In this document: in pieces, positions 49,156 through 58,768 of the stretch
Layout of the letters: each line of letters starts with the position of its first letter
Numbering within the stretch: the first letter of the stretch is position 1
NCBI GenBank assembly: GCA_965216785.1
Contig: OZ244197.1
Location: 1,248,001-1,312,000, forward strand
Length of the DNA: 64,000 bases
Reading direction: 5' to 3'
Source of the DNA: Thermodesulfobacteriota bacterium
Lineage (GTDB): Bacteria > Desulfobacterota_D > UBA1144 > Nemesobacterales > UBA2774
Notes under the pieces: generated by a model
Database searches by the model: none
What the model was told of the DNA's origin: nothing
The model's input: only the letters and a program-made list of their open reading frames with translations
Position numbers and translations under genes: made by a program

Positions 49156-49728
49156 TTATTCAGGAGTCTCAATGCTACAGGCCTTGCCCTCTCGTTCTTT
49201 ACGAGGGACGTAAATGTCAGGTTCTCCACCTTTATATATACTCTTTGTCATGTAATGTATTGCACCCTTTTTAGGGTCGTAAGTATCTATAACTGCGTGT
49301 CCGTTAACAATCCTATTAAGCAAAGTTCCGTTCTTCTGTTGCCCATTACACTTCCAAAGTTCAGCCATATACTCCCAATAAAGCTCACTTAGCCCATCAG
49401 CACCTAGCAAAGCGTGAATGTGAAGGGTCCCCCTCTTCTGGGTTTCGTATACGACTGCATAGCGAATACCACGACCTCTTTGTTTGTATCGCCTTCTAAA
49501 GAGTTTTTTGTTAAGAGAGTCAATCCACTTCTCAAATCTCAACTTAACCAACCCAAATTCTGTATCTTCTCGAAACGTTAAGGTAACAAATAAGTCGTAT
49601 TCATAGCGTGAGATAAGTTCTATCCAGTACTTCTGCCGTTCACTCTTTTCAGAGTACAACTTTCTAGATTTATATTTTTCAAGTCTACGCCTACAGTCTG
49701 CTACAACTTTACCAGCAAATGAACTCAT
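49156..49728 (-). CDS. Small HUH rolling-circle replication initiator-like protein
   Basis: Motif I FVTLTF, motif II ETQKRGTLHIHAL, motif III HYMTK. Confidence 0.75.
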   Translation of the reverse strand: MSSFAGKVVADCRRRLEKYKSRKLYSEKSERQKYWIELISRYEYDLFVTLTFREDTEFGLVKLRFEKWIDSLNKKLFRRRYKQRGRGIRYAVVYETQKRGTLHIHALLGADGLSELYWEYMAELWKCNGQQKNGTLLNRIVNGHAVIDTYDPKKGAIHYMTKSIYKGGEPDIYVPRKEREGKACSIETPE

Positions 49729-49733
49729 AATTA

Positions 49734-49961
49734 CTATCCTCCCAGCTTTCGCTTTTGGCTTATAATCACATTAAGTCTAGAATGTTCTCGAAGCCAGTTA
49801 TTTAAATCCTCTGGAATTATTAAACAACGTTTTCCCACTCGAGAGACAGGCAATCTGCCCTCCGCCGAGAGACGATACAGATATGAAACACTAAGACTAG
49901 TGAGCTCTGCTACCTCTGGGATGGTATAAGCAAGTTTCTCATTTTTATGACTTTCATTCAT
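49734..49961 (-). CDS. Excisionase-type helix-turn-helix protein
   Basis: AYTIPEVAELTSLS.SYLYRL..EGRLP..RVGKR.LI..EDL..WL. Confidence 0.85.
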   Translation of the reverse strand: MNESHKNEKLAYTIPEVAELTSLSVSYLYRLSAEGRLPVSRVGKRCLIIPEDLNNWLREHSRLNVIISQKRKLGG

Positions 49962-50057
49962 TTTAATACCTCCTATTTGATAATATCAACTACAATGTGT
50001 AGAATATAACACAAAATACCACATATATATAGTATTTATGGTACAATATTACACACA

Positions 50058-50972
50058 ATGGAAAATCGGCTCTCAAAATCAGATACAGAATACATAGCGG
50101 ACAAGTTTAATTGGTCAGCAAATGAAGCTAGCAACGCTGTGATAGAGTTTTTGGAAAAACCTTCATTTGCCAATAGTGAAGAGATATTGAGGATATGTAT
50201 TGATGCTAAGACCCCTGATGAAAGAAAAGGAACAATATATGAAAGTTTAGTAAATGCTCAATGTAATGATTTAGCAGAACACGTCTGTAATCAAATTGTT
50301 CGTCCAGACCCTTGTTTTGATATACTTGCCACTTTCAATATTAGTGAACTAAACTCGCCATTTATTACATTAAAAAAGAGGCCGAATAAAGGACCATATG
50401 AAGCCTCATTCTATTTAAGAAACATAACTCCTGGACATATTTTGGTAAATCCAAGTTTGGGCTCTAACCTTGTTTATTCATTATGCTATGAATATTTGGA
50501 TAAGCTTTTAAAAATAAAATTTAGACAAGGATTAAATTCTGAATCATTACTTACAGATATTGTATCAAGAGTGGGCTTCAGGGCATTTGAAATAACTTGT
50601 CTAAAAGATATGGCAGTTTTCTATAGTGCGGTCCCCGTTTTAAACGATAAGGCGACTCGATTAGCTAGAGCTATTGCATCGGCGATAGACAAAAAAGAAA
50701 TAACACAAATGGGTTACTGGTTATATTACGTAGTTATAGAAAGAAATAGAGAACAATATGGTTTAAGAGGGGCGTTCAGGGAACTAGCAAAAGTAACAAG
50801 TCAAAAAACAAGTACAATACACACTACATACTTTGATAGAAAAAAGATAGCAAAAAAAGAAGGTTTAACTCTTGATGATATAATCCATAAATGTTCACTT
50901 CAAAAACCAATACTTGAGATCGAACAAACGTTGCAGAAAATGTCAGTGGATTTGTCAGTAACTGAAGAGTAG
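50058..50972 (+). CDS. Hypothetical protein divergent from xis-rep (possible element regulator)
   Basis: 304-aa ORF; position typical of the regulator of an integrative element. Confidence 0.6.
   Translation: MENRLSKSDTEYIADKFNWSANEASNAVIEFLEKPSFANSEEILRICIDAKTPDERKGTIYESLVNAQCNDLAEHVCNQIVRPDPCFDILATFNISELNSPFITLKKRPNKGPYEASFYLRNITPGHILVNPSLGSNLVYSLCYEYLDKLLKIKFRQGLNSESLLTDIVSRVGFRAFEITCLKDMAVFYSAVPVLNDKATRLARAIASAIDKKEITQMGYWLYYVVIERNREQYGLRGAFRELAKVTSQKTSTIHTTYFDRKKIAKKEGLTLDDIIHKCSLQKPILEIEQTLQKMSVDLSVTEE
50940..50961 (+). repeat. Putative integrase arm-type site (right)
   Basis: Identical 22-mer to 28196-28217. Confidence 0.7.
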
Positions 50973-51087
50973 AATCTGTATAATGCTATATGAAGACATA
51001 TAAAGCAAATTCTAAATATCGTGTAATAACGGAGGGTTGTAACAACTCTATATCAACACATATAAAGTGATATAATAGAAAATCAGT

Positions 51088-51132
51088 ATGGCATTCATGA
51101 GGTCGAGGGTTCGAATCCCTTCGGCTCCACCA
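51088..51132 (+). repeat. att core, right copy (3' 45 nt of tRNA-Ala)
   Basis: ATGGCATTCATGAGGTCGAGGGTTCGAATCCCTTCGGCTCCACCA. Confidence 0.95.
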
Positions 51133-51207
51133 GTAATTTCAGGAACTTTGTGCAACCTCACTCACATACTCTATAAATATAAAGTCCATGTGATATATAA
51201 TTAGTCT

Positions 51208-52263
51208 ATGTGCCGGATTGTAACCATCGCATTTGTAATGCTGTTTTTATCGCTGGCAAGTACAAGCGAAGCGCAAAACTCTGCTGAGAAGAGATGTGAT
51301 ATACCAGGGGAGCTTACATTTGACCGGCCCGATCCACAAGGGACTCCCACGGTCGTAAACATAGAGCTATACGTTATAGATGTAAATCAAATTAAAGACG
51401 CGAACCAAACTTTTCTGACCGACTTTATTTTCACGCTCGACTGGAAAGACCCGCGCCTGTCTGAAGCCTCGTTGGGCAAGTCCCTTGAGTATTGCAGAAT
51501 CGATATTAACAGCGTGTGGAATCCGGCAATTAATCTTGTTAACATGTCCTGGCCTATCAAAACGTTCTATGACGACGTCGTAACCGTGGATGCCGAAGGT
51601 AACGTTCAGTTCTATCAGCGGACACTGGGATTTTTAGAGTCTCCCTTAAATATTGAGAAATTCCCATTCGACAGACAGATACTACCGATTACTTTTGCGT
51701 CGATTGACTATAACCCCCGGCAATTGACCCTGAAAGTAGACTCTAAAGACAGCGGAATGAGAGAGAAGCTCTCAATTGTGGGATGGGATATAAATCCTGA
51801 GCTTGGTTTTGAAAATAAAAATGAGAGTGTGCCGGTTTTGGGTGAAGTGCCGCTCGTAGAATTTCAAATTAGCGCAAAGCGAGTGTCGAGTTATTTTGTT
51901 TTGCTGTTCATGTTTTCACTCAGTCTCATTGTTTTGATGGCGTGGTGCGTGTTTTGGATCGATCCCTCGCAGCTAGGACCGCAGATCGGCATATCTACCG
52001 CCTCGGTATTCACTCTAATAGCTTTCCGTTTCGCGATATCAAACCAGCTGCCGAAAGTCTCATTTTTAACCGTTATGGATAAATTCGTTTTGTTCAGCAC
52101 TATCCTGATTTTCCTGGCGCTTGGTGAATCTATACTCGTAAGCAGGATTGCCAGGCAGGGTAATGAATCATTGGCGCGAAAAATTGATAGTACCGCAAGA
52201 TGGGTCTATTTAGGATTTTTTGCTATCTTACTGCTATATATATTCATTCTTTCCCGCAGTTGA
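51208..52263 (+). CDS. Prokaryotic pentameric ligand-gated ion channel (GLIC/ELIC-like)
   Basis: Signal peptide, WKDPRL, VWNP, FPFDRQ Pro-loop, four TM helices, LPKVSFLT.MD. Confidence 0.88.
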   Translation: MCRIVTIAFVMLFLSLASTSEAQNSAEKRCDIPGELTFDRPDPQGTPTVVNIELYVIDVNQIKDANQTFLTDFIFTLDWKDPRLSEASLGKSLEYCRIDINSVWNPAINLVNMSWPIKTFYDDVVTVDAEGNVQFYQRTLGFLESPLNIEKFPFDRQILPITFASIDYNPRQLTLKVDSKDSGMREKLSIVGWDINPELGFENKNESVPVLGEVPLVEFQISAKRVSSYFVLLFMFSLSLIVLMAWCVFWIDPSQLGPQIGISTASVFTLIAFRFAISNQLPKVSFLTVMDKFVLFSTILIFLALGESILVSRIARQGNESLARKIDSTARWVYLGFFAILLLYIFILSRS

Positions 52264-52326
52264 TTCTCGGGCGTTTCTCACAAGTTCTCATATCTTGGCA
52301 CAATTAACCAAAATTCCATAAAATAG

Positions 52327-52373
52327 GAATGGTATTCATGAGGCCCATGTTTCGAATCCCCTCGGCACCACCA
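52327..52373 (+). repeat. Degenerate tRNA-Ala 3' fragment (old att site)
   Basis: 40/47 identity with 28103-28149. Confidence 0.85.
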
Positions 52374-52496
52374 GTTTCACTCGATACTCTCTTTCAGGAT
52401 CATTTTTGATCATTTAATACAATATATATTGTGCCACCTGGCACTTTATATTTGTGCCTATTTCATAATCATCCATAATCATTGCTTATTATCTTT

Positions 52497-52512
52497 TGGC
52501 ACAAGATTTGAA
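52497..52512 (+). promoter_or_regulatory. Possible sigma54 promoter
   Basis: TGGCAC-AAGAT-TTGAA; palindrome GGCAC-N9-GTGCC at 52440-52458. Confidence 0.45.
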
Positions 52513-52592
52513 TAAAAGTATTAATAATATTGATGCGAGGCCGCAGTCAAGAGAGGGTCTTTCATATTTAACACTTACAGGGGGGAATACAT

Positions 52593-54221
52593 ATGATGTC
52601 ATGCAAAAGAGTGATAGCAGTACCGCTTTACGTTTTGCTTAGTCTTTCTTTTGTTCTCCTATCGGATTTCTTTCCCATACCTAGCGCACATGCTCAGCTT
52701 ACCGATGAGACGCAGACTTTCCCGAACGTCCCGGGCGGGACAATCGGGAAATCGCTTGAAGAGCAGATAGGCGCTGGCACTGGTGATGAGTTTACACCGG
52801 GCTCTTCTACCTATCTTATTAAGCGCGATCCGGCGCGCTCAATCCGCCGCGGGCGCCAGCTCTTTCAGCGTAAGTTCACTGAGGCCCAAGGCCAAGGACC
52901 GCGCGCGAGCGAAGATTCCGCTGGAAACATACGGGAAATGCGTGAGCTCGGCGCTGGGCTTGCCGATAGCTGCGCCACTTGCCACGGACGCCCAAGGGGA
53001 GCCGCCGGGTTTGGCGGAGACGTCGCTACGCGCCCGGACAGCCGTGACGCCCCTCATCTTTTCGGACTCGGGCTTGTGGAGATGCTCGGGGATGAGATCA
53101 CCCGGGACCTTAGAACCATAAGGGGCGAAGCCATCACCCAAGCCGAGGTGCAGGGAAGCGCCGTTACACTTGAGCTTAAGAGTAAGGGAATCTCATACGG
53201 CTTCATTACCGCAGTGCCCGACGGGAGCGTCGATACGACGCAAGTAGCCGGCGTAGACGAAGACTTGAGGGTACGCCCGTTCTTTCACGAGGGAGGTACA
53301 ATGTCGATACGCGAGTTTATCATAGGCGCTTTTAAGGCAGAGATGGGTCTTGAGACCCCGGATGACCTTCTTTGCAGAGCGACAGACCCTGATAACCCTG
53401 AGCTTGTAATTACCCCTTCAGGGATGGAGTTTGATCCCGAGCTCGATACGATTGAAAGGCCTCCAGTGTGTGACGCCGCTGAGGACGGGGACGGAGACGG
53501 CGTGGTTAACGAGATAGACCCTGCGGTTGTGGATCATTTGGAGTTTTATCTCCTTAACTACTTCAAGCCCGGTACCGGGAAGATGACAAAACGCGCTGAA
53601 AAGGGACTCGAGCTTATGGAAAGTATAGGCTGCACCTCTTGCCACGTGCAGAGCTTGACTGTCGAGAATGACAGACGTATAGCAGATGTGGAGACCGTTC
53701 ACGACCCTGAAAAAGGGATATTCAACCGTCTGTTCGCGACAGCAACGACATTATTTAAAACAGTTGAGGACGGTGAGGAGTTCCCTCAGCTTCTCCCCAA
53801 TGAAGAATCTTTTGAGGTAAAGAATATCTTCACCGATTTAAAGCGCCACGATCTCGGCCCCGCGTTTCATGAGCGGGAATATGACGGCAGCACGGTAACG
53901 GAGTTTATGACAGAGCCCCTTTGGGGTGTAGCCACCACAGCCCCTTACGGTCACGACGGGAGGAGTATAAACCTTGAAGAGGTGATCCTCCGCCACGGCG
54001 GCGAGGCTGAGGAATCAAAGAGAAAATTTGCGAGATTGAATGCTAACCGGCGGGGTATGGTGCTCGAATTCCTGAGAGCCCTTGTTCTGTTCCCGCCTGA
54101 CGACACGGCCTCTAGCCTGAACCCCGGAAACCCCGGGACTGCTAACCCGCAGGACCCTGTGGAGCACGGATCCATTAATCTGGGCGCGCTCTTTCAAATT
54201 GAGTCCGAGGGCGGGGAGTAG
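52593..54221 (+). CDS. Di-heme oxidoreductase family (DHOR/DUF1111-like) protein
   Basis: Signal peptide, CATCH and CTSCH heme motifs, PHLFGLGL, PLWG...PYGHDGR..L.E.ILRHGGE. Confidence 0.85.
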   Translation: MMSCKRVIAVPLYVLLSLSFVLLSDFFPIPSAHAQLTDETQTFPNVPGGTIGKSLEEQIGAGTGDEFTPGSSTYLIKRDPARSIRRGRQLFQRKFTEAQGQGPRASEDSAGNIREMRELGAGLADSCATCHGRPRGAAGFGGDVATRPDSRDAPHLFGLGLVEMLGDEITRDLRTIRGEAITQAEVQGSAVTLELKSKGISYGFITAVPDGSVDTTQVAGVDEDLRVRPFFHEGGTMSIREFIIGAFKAEMGLETPDDLLCRATDPDNPELVITPSGMEFDPELDTIERPPVCDAAEDGDGDGVVNEIDPAVVDHLEFYLLNYFKPGTGKMTKRAEKGLELMESIGCTSCHVQSLTVENDRRIADVETVHDPEKGIFNRLFATATTLFKTVEDGEEFPQLLPNEESFEVKNIFTDLKRHDLGPAFHEREYDGSTVTEFMTEPLWGVATTAPYGHDGRSINLEEVILRHGGEAEESKRKFARLNANRRGMVLEFLRALVLFPPDDTASSLNPGNPGTANPQDPVEHGSINLGALFQIESEGGE

Positions 54222-54268
54222 TTAGTAAGATTGACAACCGGGCATGACTGAGGTTAGATAGTCACGCT

Positions 54269-54814
54269 ATGGCACAGAGCGACAGAGAGCGGCTTAAGGA
54301 GATACTGAAAGAAAAATCGATACTCCGGGGCGAGTTCACCCTAGCCTCGGGCAAAAAGAGCGACTATTACATTGACGCCAGGCTCACCACGCTCGACCCT
54401 GAAGGCGTTTACCTGATCGGGAAAATATTCCTTGAAGAGATAAGAAAGGACTCGGACATCAGCGCCGTTGGCGGCCCTACTATGGGGGCTGACCCGATCG
54501 TCGGCTCTCTTCTGGTCCTAAGCCACCAGAGCGGCTCCCCGCTTCCGGGGTTTCTTGTCCGCAAGCAGGAAAAGGGCCACGGCACGGGGAAATTGATCGA
54601 AGGGAACTTAAATCCGGGTGATATAACCGCCGTTGTAGAAGACGTTGTAACCACTGCGGGCTCCGTGATCAAAGCCATACACGCAGTGCGTGAGGCGGGC
54701 GCAGAAGTGAAAAAAGCTCTCGTTATTGTAGACAGGGAAGAGGGCGGACAAGAAAAATTCAGCGAGATCGGCGTCCCGTTATACTCCATATTTAAAATCT
54801 CAGAGCTTCTTTAG
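54269..54814 (+). CDS. pyrE: Orotate phosphoribosyltransferase
   Basis: FTLASGKKSDYYID, VRKQEKGHG, VVEDVVTT and VDREEGG motifs. Confidence 0.95.
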   Translation: MAQSDRERLKEILKEKSILRGEFTLASGKKSDYYIDARLTTLDPEGVYLIGKIFLEEIRKDSDISAVGGPTMGADPIVGSLLVLSHQSGSPLPGFLVRKQEKGHGTGKLIEGNLNPGDITAVVEDVVTTAGSVIKAIHAVREAGAEVKKALVIVDREEGGQEKFSEIGVPLYSIFKISELL

Positions 54815-54817
54815 ACC

Positions 54818-56200
54818 TCAAGGGGCTGCGATGTCGAACTCTTCGAGCTTTCGTCTGAGAGTAAGGCGGTTTATTCCAAGAGTCCTTGCCGCCTGAGAGC
54901 GGTTCCAGCCGCTTGCCTCTAGCGCCTCTACGAGCATTATCCTCTCGGACTGTTTTATTATACGCTCGTAGACGTTCGTGTTGTCCCCTTTTCTGATGAG
55001 CGCCTTTACGGACTGCCTGAGCGAGTCCTGGTATGAAGCGGGCTCGGGCGCAAGCTCGCGGGCGGGCTTTAGATGTATATCGAGATCAAAGGAAGTTAAG
55101 TAAGGGGTTTTGGTAAAAGCGATAGCTTTACGTATGACGTTTTCTAGCTCCCTGACGTTCCCCGGCCAGTCGTACTCAAGGAGTCTTTCCTGAAACTTTT
55201 CCGTGACGCCGTGAATATCTTTCCCGATCTGGTTTGCGTGCCTTCTGGTAAGACACTCGGTCAGAAGGGCTATGTCTTCCTTTCTTTCTTTAAGCGCCGG
55301 GAGCTTAATATTTACGACGTTTATTCTGTAGTAAAGGTCCTCTCTGAACCTCCCTTGAGAGACGAGGGTATCGATGTCTTTATTTGTAGCTGTAATGATT
55401 CTTACGTCAACGGACTGCTCCGTGTTACTTCCCAGTCGGTGAAACGCGCCGCTCTGTAGTACACGCAGCACCTTGGCCTGGAGCGAGAGCGACATATCGC
55501 CGATTTCATCCAGAAAAATAATGCCGCCGTCGGCCTCTTCGAATTTCCCGATCCTTGACGTATCAGCCCCTGTAAACGCGCCCTTATTGTAGCCAAATAG
55601 CTCGGCCTCGAGAAGGTTCTCCGGGATCGCGGCGCAGTTAAGCACTACAAAAGGCTTCTCCCATCTTGTGCTTACTTTCCACACGGACTCTGCCACAAGC
55701 TCTTTTCCTGTTCCGCTCTCGCCTGTAATGAGCACGGGGACGTCCACCCTGCCTACCTGTCCGATGAGCTTGCATATATCCTGGAGCATCGGAGAGTCTC
55801 CGACTATCGCGCACGTGACGCTAGAGCCCTCTACCTCGCCCGGAAACTTTATTACGCTCTCTTTGGTCTCTGAGTTAATACCGAGCGCCCGGTTTACGGA
55901 TTCGGCCAAATGGGAAGACTTAAGTGGTCTAAAGACACAGTCAAACGCTCCGAATGTCATCGATTCTATCAGATACCTGGCGCCTTTCTCGGCGGTTATT
56001 ACGACTACAAATGCCTTTTTCTTTAAGCTGTCGAGTCCGCTTAATCCGGCGCTGTCCACGTCCAAAAGCACTACGTCGGTGTCCTTTATATCTTCAATAC
56101 ACTCAAAGACGGATATCTCGATTGAGCCAAGTATCCCGTTTATTTCCGCGATTAATCCGGTATCTTTACTAAGAATCGATACTTTTCCTGGTTTAGACAT
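54818..56200 (-). CDS. Sigma54-dependent Fis-family activator with atypical receiver domain
   Basis: [30 protein letters not shown]-terminal HTH. Confidence 0.9.
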   Translation of the reverse strand: MSKPGKVSILSKDTGLIAEINGILGSIEISVFECIEDIKDTDVVLLDVDSAGLSGLDSLKKKAFVVVITAEKGARYLIESMTFGAFDCVFRPLKSSHLAESVNRALGINSETKESVIKFPGEVEGSSVTCAIVGDSPMLQDICKLIGQVGRVDVPVLITGESGTGKELVAESVWKVSTRWEKPFVVLNCAAIPENLLEAELFGYNKGAFTGADTSRIGKFEEADGGIIFLDEIGDMSLSLQAKVLRVLQSGAFHRLGSNTEQSVDVRIITATNKDIDTLVSQGRFREDLYYRINVVNIKLPALKERKEDIALLTECLTRRHANQIGKDIHGVTEKFQERLLEYDWPGNVRELENVIRKAIAFTKTPYLTSFDLDIHLKPARELAPEPASYQDSLRQSVKALIRKGDNTNVYERIIKQSERIMLVEALEASGWNRSQAARTLGINRLTLRRKLEEFDIAAP

Positions 56201-56214
56201 AATGCACCCTTGAC

Positions 56215-56251
56215 TGTTACAAAAATATACAAGCTGATTACAAAATAATCA
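56215..56251. promoter_or_regulatory. Tandem enhancer-like palindromes
   Basis: TGTTAC-N5-TATACA and TGATTA-N5-TAATCA, 20 bp apart. Confidence 0.55.
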
Positions 56252-56303
56252 AGGACTTGCAGTATCTTCTTGAAAACCGGCTTAAATCCCTTATATTAGC
56301 ACC

Positions 56304-56318
56304 TGGCACTTTAATTGC
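56304..56318 (+). promoter_or_regulatory. Sigma54 promoter for the permease-cysH operon
   Basis: TGGCAC-TTTAA-TTGC, consensus -24/-12. Confidence 0.8.
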
Positions 56319-56400
56319 CTAAAGTATTCGGATTCGGAATCTATATATATAAAATCATTATCATAACTCTTATGCAATATAACTCACAGGAGATAAGTAG

Positions 56401-57414
56401 TTGGAATTGATACTGCCCATAGCGCTTGTGCTCTCGGCGTTTCTGGCATTGAATATAGGTGCTAACAACTCAGCCGCCGCTATGGCTACCTCTTACGGTG
56501 CCGGGGTAAGGTCAAAGAGGCAGGCCACTATACTTATAGCCATATTCGCCTTACTCGGCGCGGTGGTAGCAGGCGCCCCGGTCGTCAGCACGCTCGGAAA
56601 GGGGCTTGTACCCAGCGACGTACTGTCCGCTCACGTCGGGCTTGTATTAATAATATTCGTAATCGCCATATTATTCGTATCCTGGGCCAATGTGGCTCGC
56701 GTGCCTATCGCTACCACACATGCGATAGTGTGCGCTATAGCGGGCGTAGGTATATACTCGAGCGCACTAAACGGCCAGAAATTTATAGAGATAATCATTT
56801 GGTGGGTATGCGCTCCTATTATCGCGTTTGTAATTAATTTTGTTGTAGCGAGATACCTGTATTTCAGAACGCTTAAGTATCTGACAGACCGTTACTCGGA
56901 GACGAATATAAACCGCATTCTTACTATTTTGATTACGGTTTCGGGTACGTTTCTGGCATTCTCCGCGGGGGCCAATAACTCGGCCAACGCCGTTGGACCT
57001 ATAGTGGGGCTCGGGCTGATCAGCTCTTACTGGGGAGCGGTGATCGCGGGTGTCGCCATGGGCGTAGGAGCCATATTGTTCGGAGGCCGGGTGCTTGATT
57101 CTGTGGGAAAGGAAATAACCGAGATTTGTATCTTAAGGGCTGTTTCGGTTGAATTTACCGCGGCTGCGCTCATACTGATAGCGTCGGTGTCCGGTATTCC
57201 CGTATCTATAGCGGAGATCGTGACATCGGGTATAATTGGTTTTTCATGCGCTCAACAGGGTTTTGGTGTTACGGCGCGGAACCGGCATGTAATGAGGATC
57301 GCGTTTTTCTGGATTGTGATTCCGTTCATAGCCGTCGGTATGGGTTACGCATTATCGTCCTTATATTTTAACTATAACGTCGGGGAGATAATAAGTATGA
57401 GTATCGGTCATTAG
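56401..57414 (+). CDS. PiT-family anion permease (probably CysP-like sulfate permease)
   Basis: Two GANN(S)A(A/N)A PiT signature repeats; upstream of cysH. Confidence 0.8.
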   Translation: MELILPIALVLSAFLALNIGANNSAAAMATSYGAGVRSKRQATILIAIFALLGAVVAGAPVVSTLGKGLVPSDVLSAHVGLVLIIFVIAILFVSWANVARVPIATTHAIVCAIAGVGIYSSALNGQKFIEIIIWWVCAPIIAFVINFVVARYLYFRTLKYLTDRYSETNINRILTILITVSGTFLAFSAGANNSANAVGPIVGLGLISSYWGAVIAGVAMGVGAILFGGRVLDSVGKEITEICILRAVSVEFTAAALILIASVSGIPVSIAEIVTSGIIGFSCAQQGFGVTARNRHVMRIAFFWIVIPFIAVGMGYALSSLYFNYNVGEIISMSIGH

Positions 57415-57461
57415 ACCTTGTGCTCATATCATAAGCTTTTTCTGTACGGAGGTGCTTTACT

Positions 57462-58250
57462 ATTAACGTTGAAGCGGATTTATCTAAGGATTCCCTTGGC
57501 TCTGATAACACGGGCATAAGGTTTAACGCCGAGCAGGTAAGTGAGCTGAACCACGAATTTAAGGACAAAAGCCCGCACGATGTACTAGAGTGGGCTCTTG
57601 AAACCCTTCACCCGAGGCTTGCCATGGCATCGAGCTTTCAGTCCCAGGGTGTCGTGCTCATTGATATGTTCATGAAAGTCAGCAATGAAGCCAGGATTTT
57701 CACTCTGGACACAGGAAGACTGAACCAGGAAACCTACGACGTTATGGACAGGATAAGGAGCCACTATAGTACACAGATCGAGGTTTTGTTCCCTGATAAA
57801 GACGAAGTGGAAAAGATGGTTACCGAGCGTGGAATGAACCTTTTTTATAAGAGTAAGCAGAACAGGTTCTTATGCTGTGAAGTAAGGAAGGTCTACCCTC
57901 TCAAACAGTTTCTGGTCGGTCTAGATGGTTGGGTAACCTCAATCAGACGCGGGCAGACAGAGAACCGGGCCCAAGCCCAAAAGTTCGAAATAGACGAGCT
58001 TCACGGCGGCATATTAAAGATCAATCCGCTTGTAGACTGGAGTTCCAAACGTGTGTGGGACTACATAAACGAGCACAAGGTTCCTTACAATAAGCTCCAT
58101 GATCTCGGCTACCCCAGCATCGGCTGCGCGCCGTGCACACGCGCCGTAAAAGAAGGCGAGGACTCTAGAGCAGGCCGCTGGTGGTGGGAAAGCGACTCGG
58201 ATAAAGAGTGCGGCCTCCATATCGAGCACGATATAAGTACACCCAAGTAA
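57462..58250 (+). CDS. cysH: Thioredoxin-dependent APS/PAPS reductase (Fe-S type); extended 54 codons upstream of the ORF-track start
   Basis: LDTGRL, CCEVRK, SIGCAPCT, RAGRWW and ECGLH motifs; open frame from ATT 57462 encodes LN.EF..KSP.DVLEWA; GGAGGT 8 nt upstream. Confidence 0.88.
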   Translation: MNVEADLSKDSLGSDNTGIRFNAEQVSELNHEFKDKSPHDVLEWALETLHPRLAMASSFQSQGVVLIDMFMKVSNEARIFTLDTGRLNQETYDVMDRIRSHYSTQIEVLFPDKDEVEKMVTERGMNLFYKSKQNRFLCCEVRKVYPLKQFLVGLDGWVTSIRRGQTENRAQAQKFEIDELHGGILKINPLVDWSSKRVWDYINEHKVPYNKLHDLGYPSIGCAPCTRAVKEGEDSRAGRWWWESDSDKECGLHIEHDISTPK

Positions 58251-58281
58251 TCACGCCGGACTCCTGAGCTGCTAATTCCTA

Positions 58282-58719
58282 TTATTGAAGATTAGAGTTT
58301 TCCCCGGACTCATCTGACTCTGTGGTAAAGGGAACGGGAGAGGCGTGGTGGATCAGCATAAGCCATCCTGAATCGGTTTTCTCAAAAATGTTTGTCGATA
58401 CCGAGACGTTCATCATTACAGGGTCTCTTCTGATATAGGTAAGCTCCTGGATACAGGTGACCCAGGCGGAATCACCTCTTAAGTCGACGGTGACGTTATG
58501 AAGGTTTATATGAAGTTTGTCCTCAGGGTCGAAAACGTTCTCCCAGCTTTGAATTATTGCGTCGTATCCCCTAAGCATAATCCACCCTGGGTGTGTGCAG
58601 CCTGCCCTCTCATCAGGGACGAAGACTGTTTTCATAAGCTCGAGGTCTCTGTCGCCCAGAGCTTCGTAAAACCGGCTGTTAGATTTAATGATCTGGTCTA
58701 TATCATGTTTGTCTGTCAT
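58282..58719 (-). CDS. SnoaL/NTF2-like protein
   Basis: N..FYEAL..RDL, CTHPGW..L.G...I..SW and TNIF.....W..IHHAS motifs. Confidence 0.85.
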   Translation of the reverse strand: MTDKHDIDQIIKSNSRFYEALGDRDLELMKTVFVPDERAGCTHPGWIMLRGYDAIIQSWENVFDPEDKLHINLHNVTVDLRGDSAWVTCIQELTYIRRDPVMMNVSVSTNIFEKTDSGWLMLIHHASPVPFTTESDESGENSNLQ

Positions 58720-58768
58720 TTGCCTTTCTAATTTATACCCGATTAATCAACAAAATTCTTATAGTTTG

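Larger units (their letters stand above)
28105..51132. mobile_element. ~23 kb integrative element/genomic island in tRNA-Ala
   Basis: 45-bp direct repeat of the tRNA 3' end at both ends; integrase beside the tRNA; Xis-like and Rep genes at the other end; visibly AT-richer than the flanks. Confidence 0.93.

Noticed and set aside
28105-51132. Prophage
   Set aside because: No terminase, capsid, tail, lysis or Zot-like genes were recognised.
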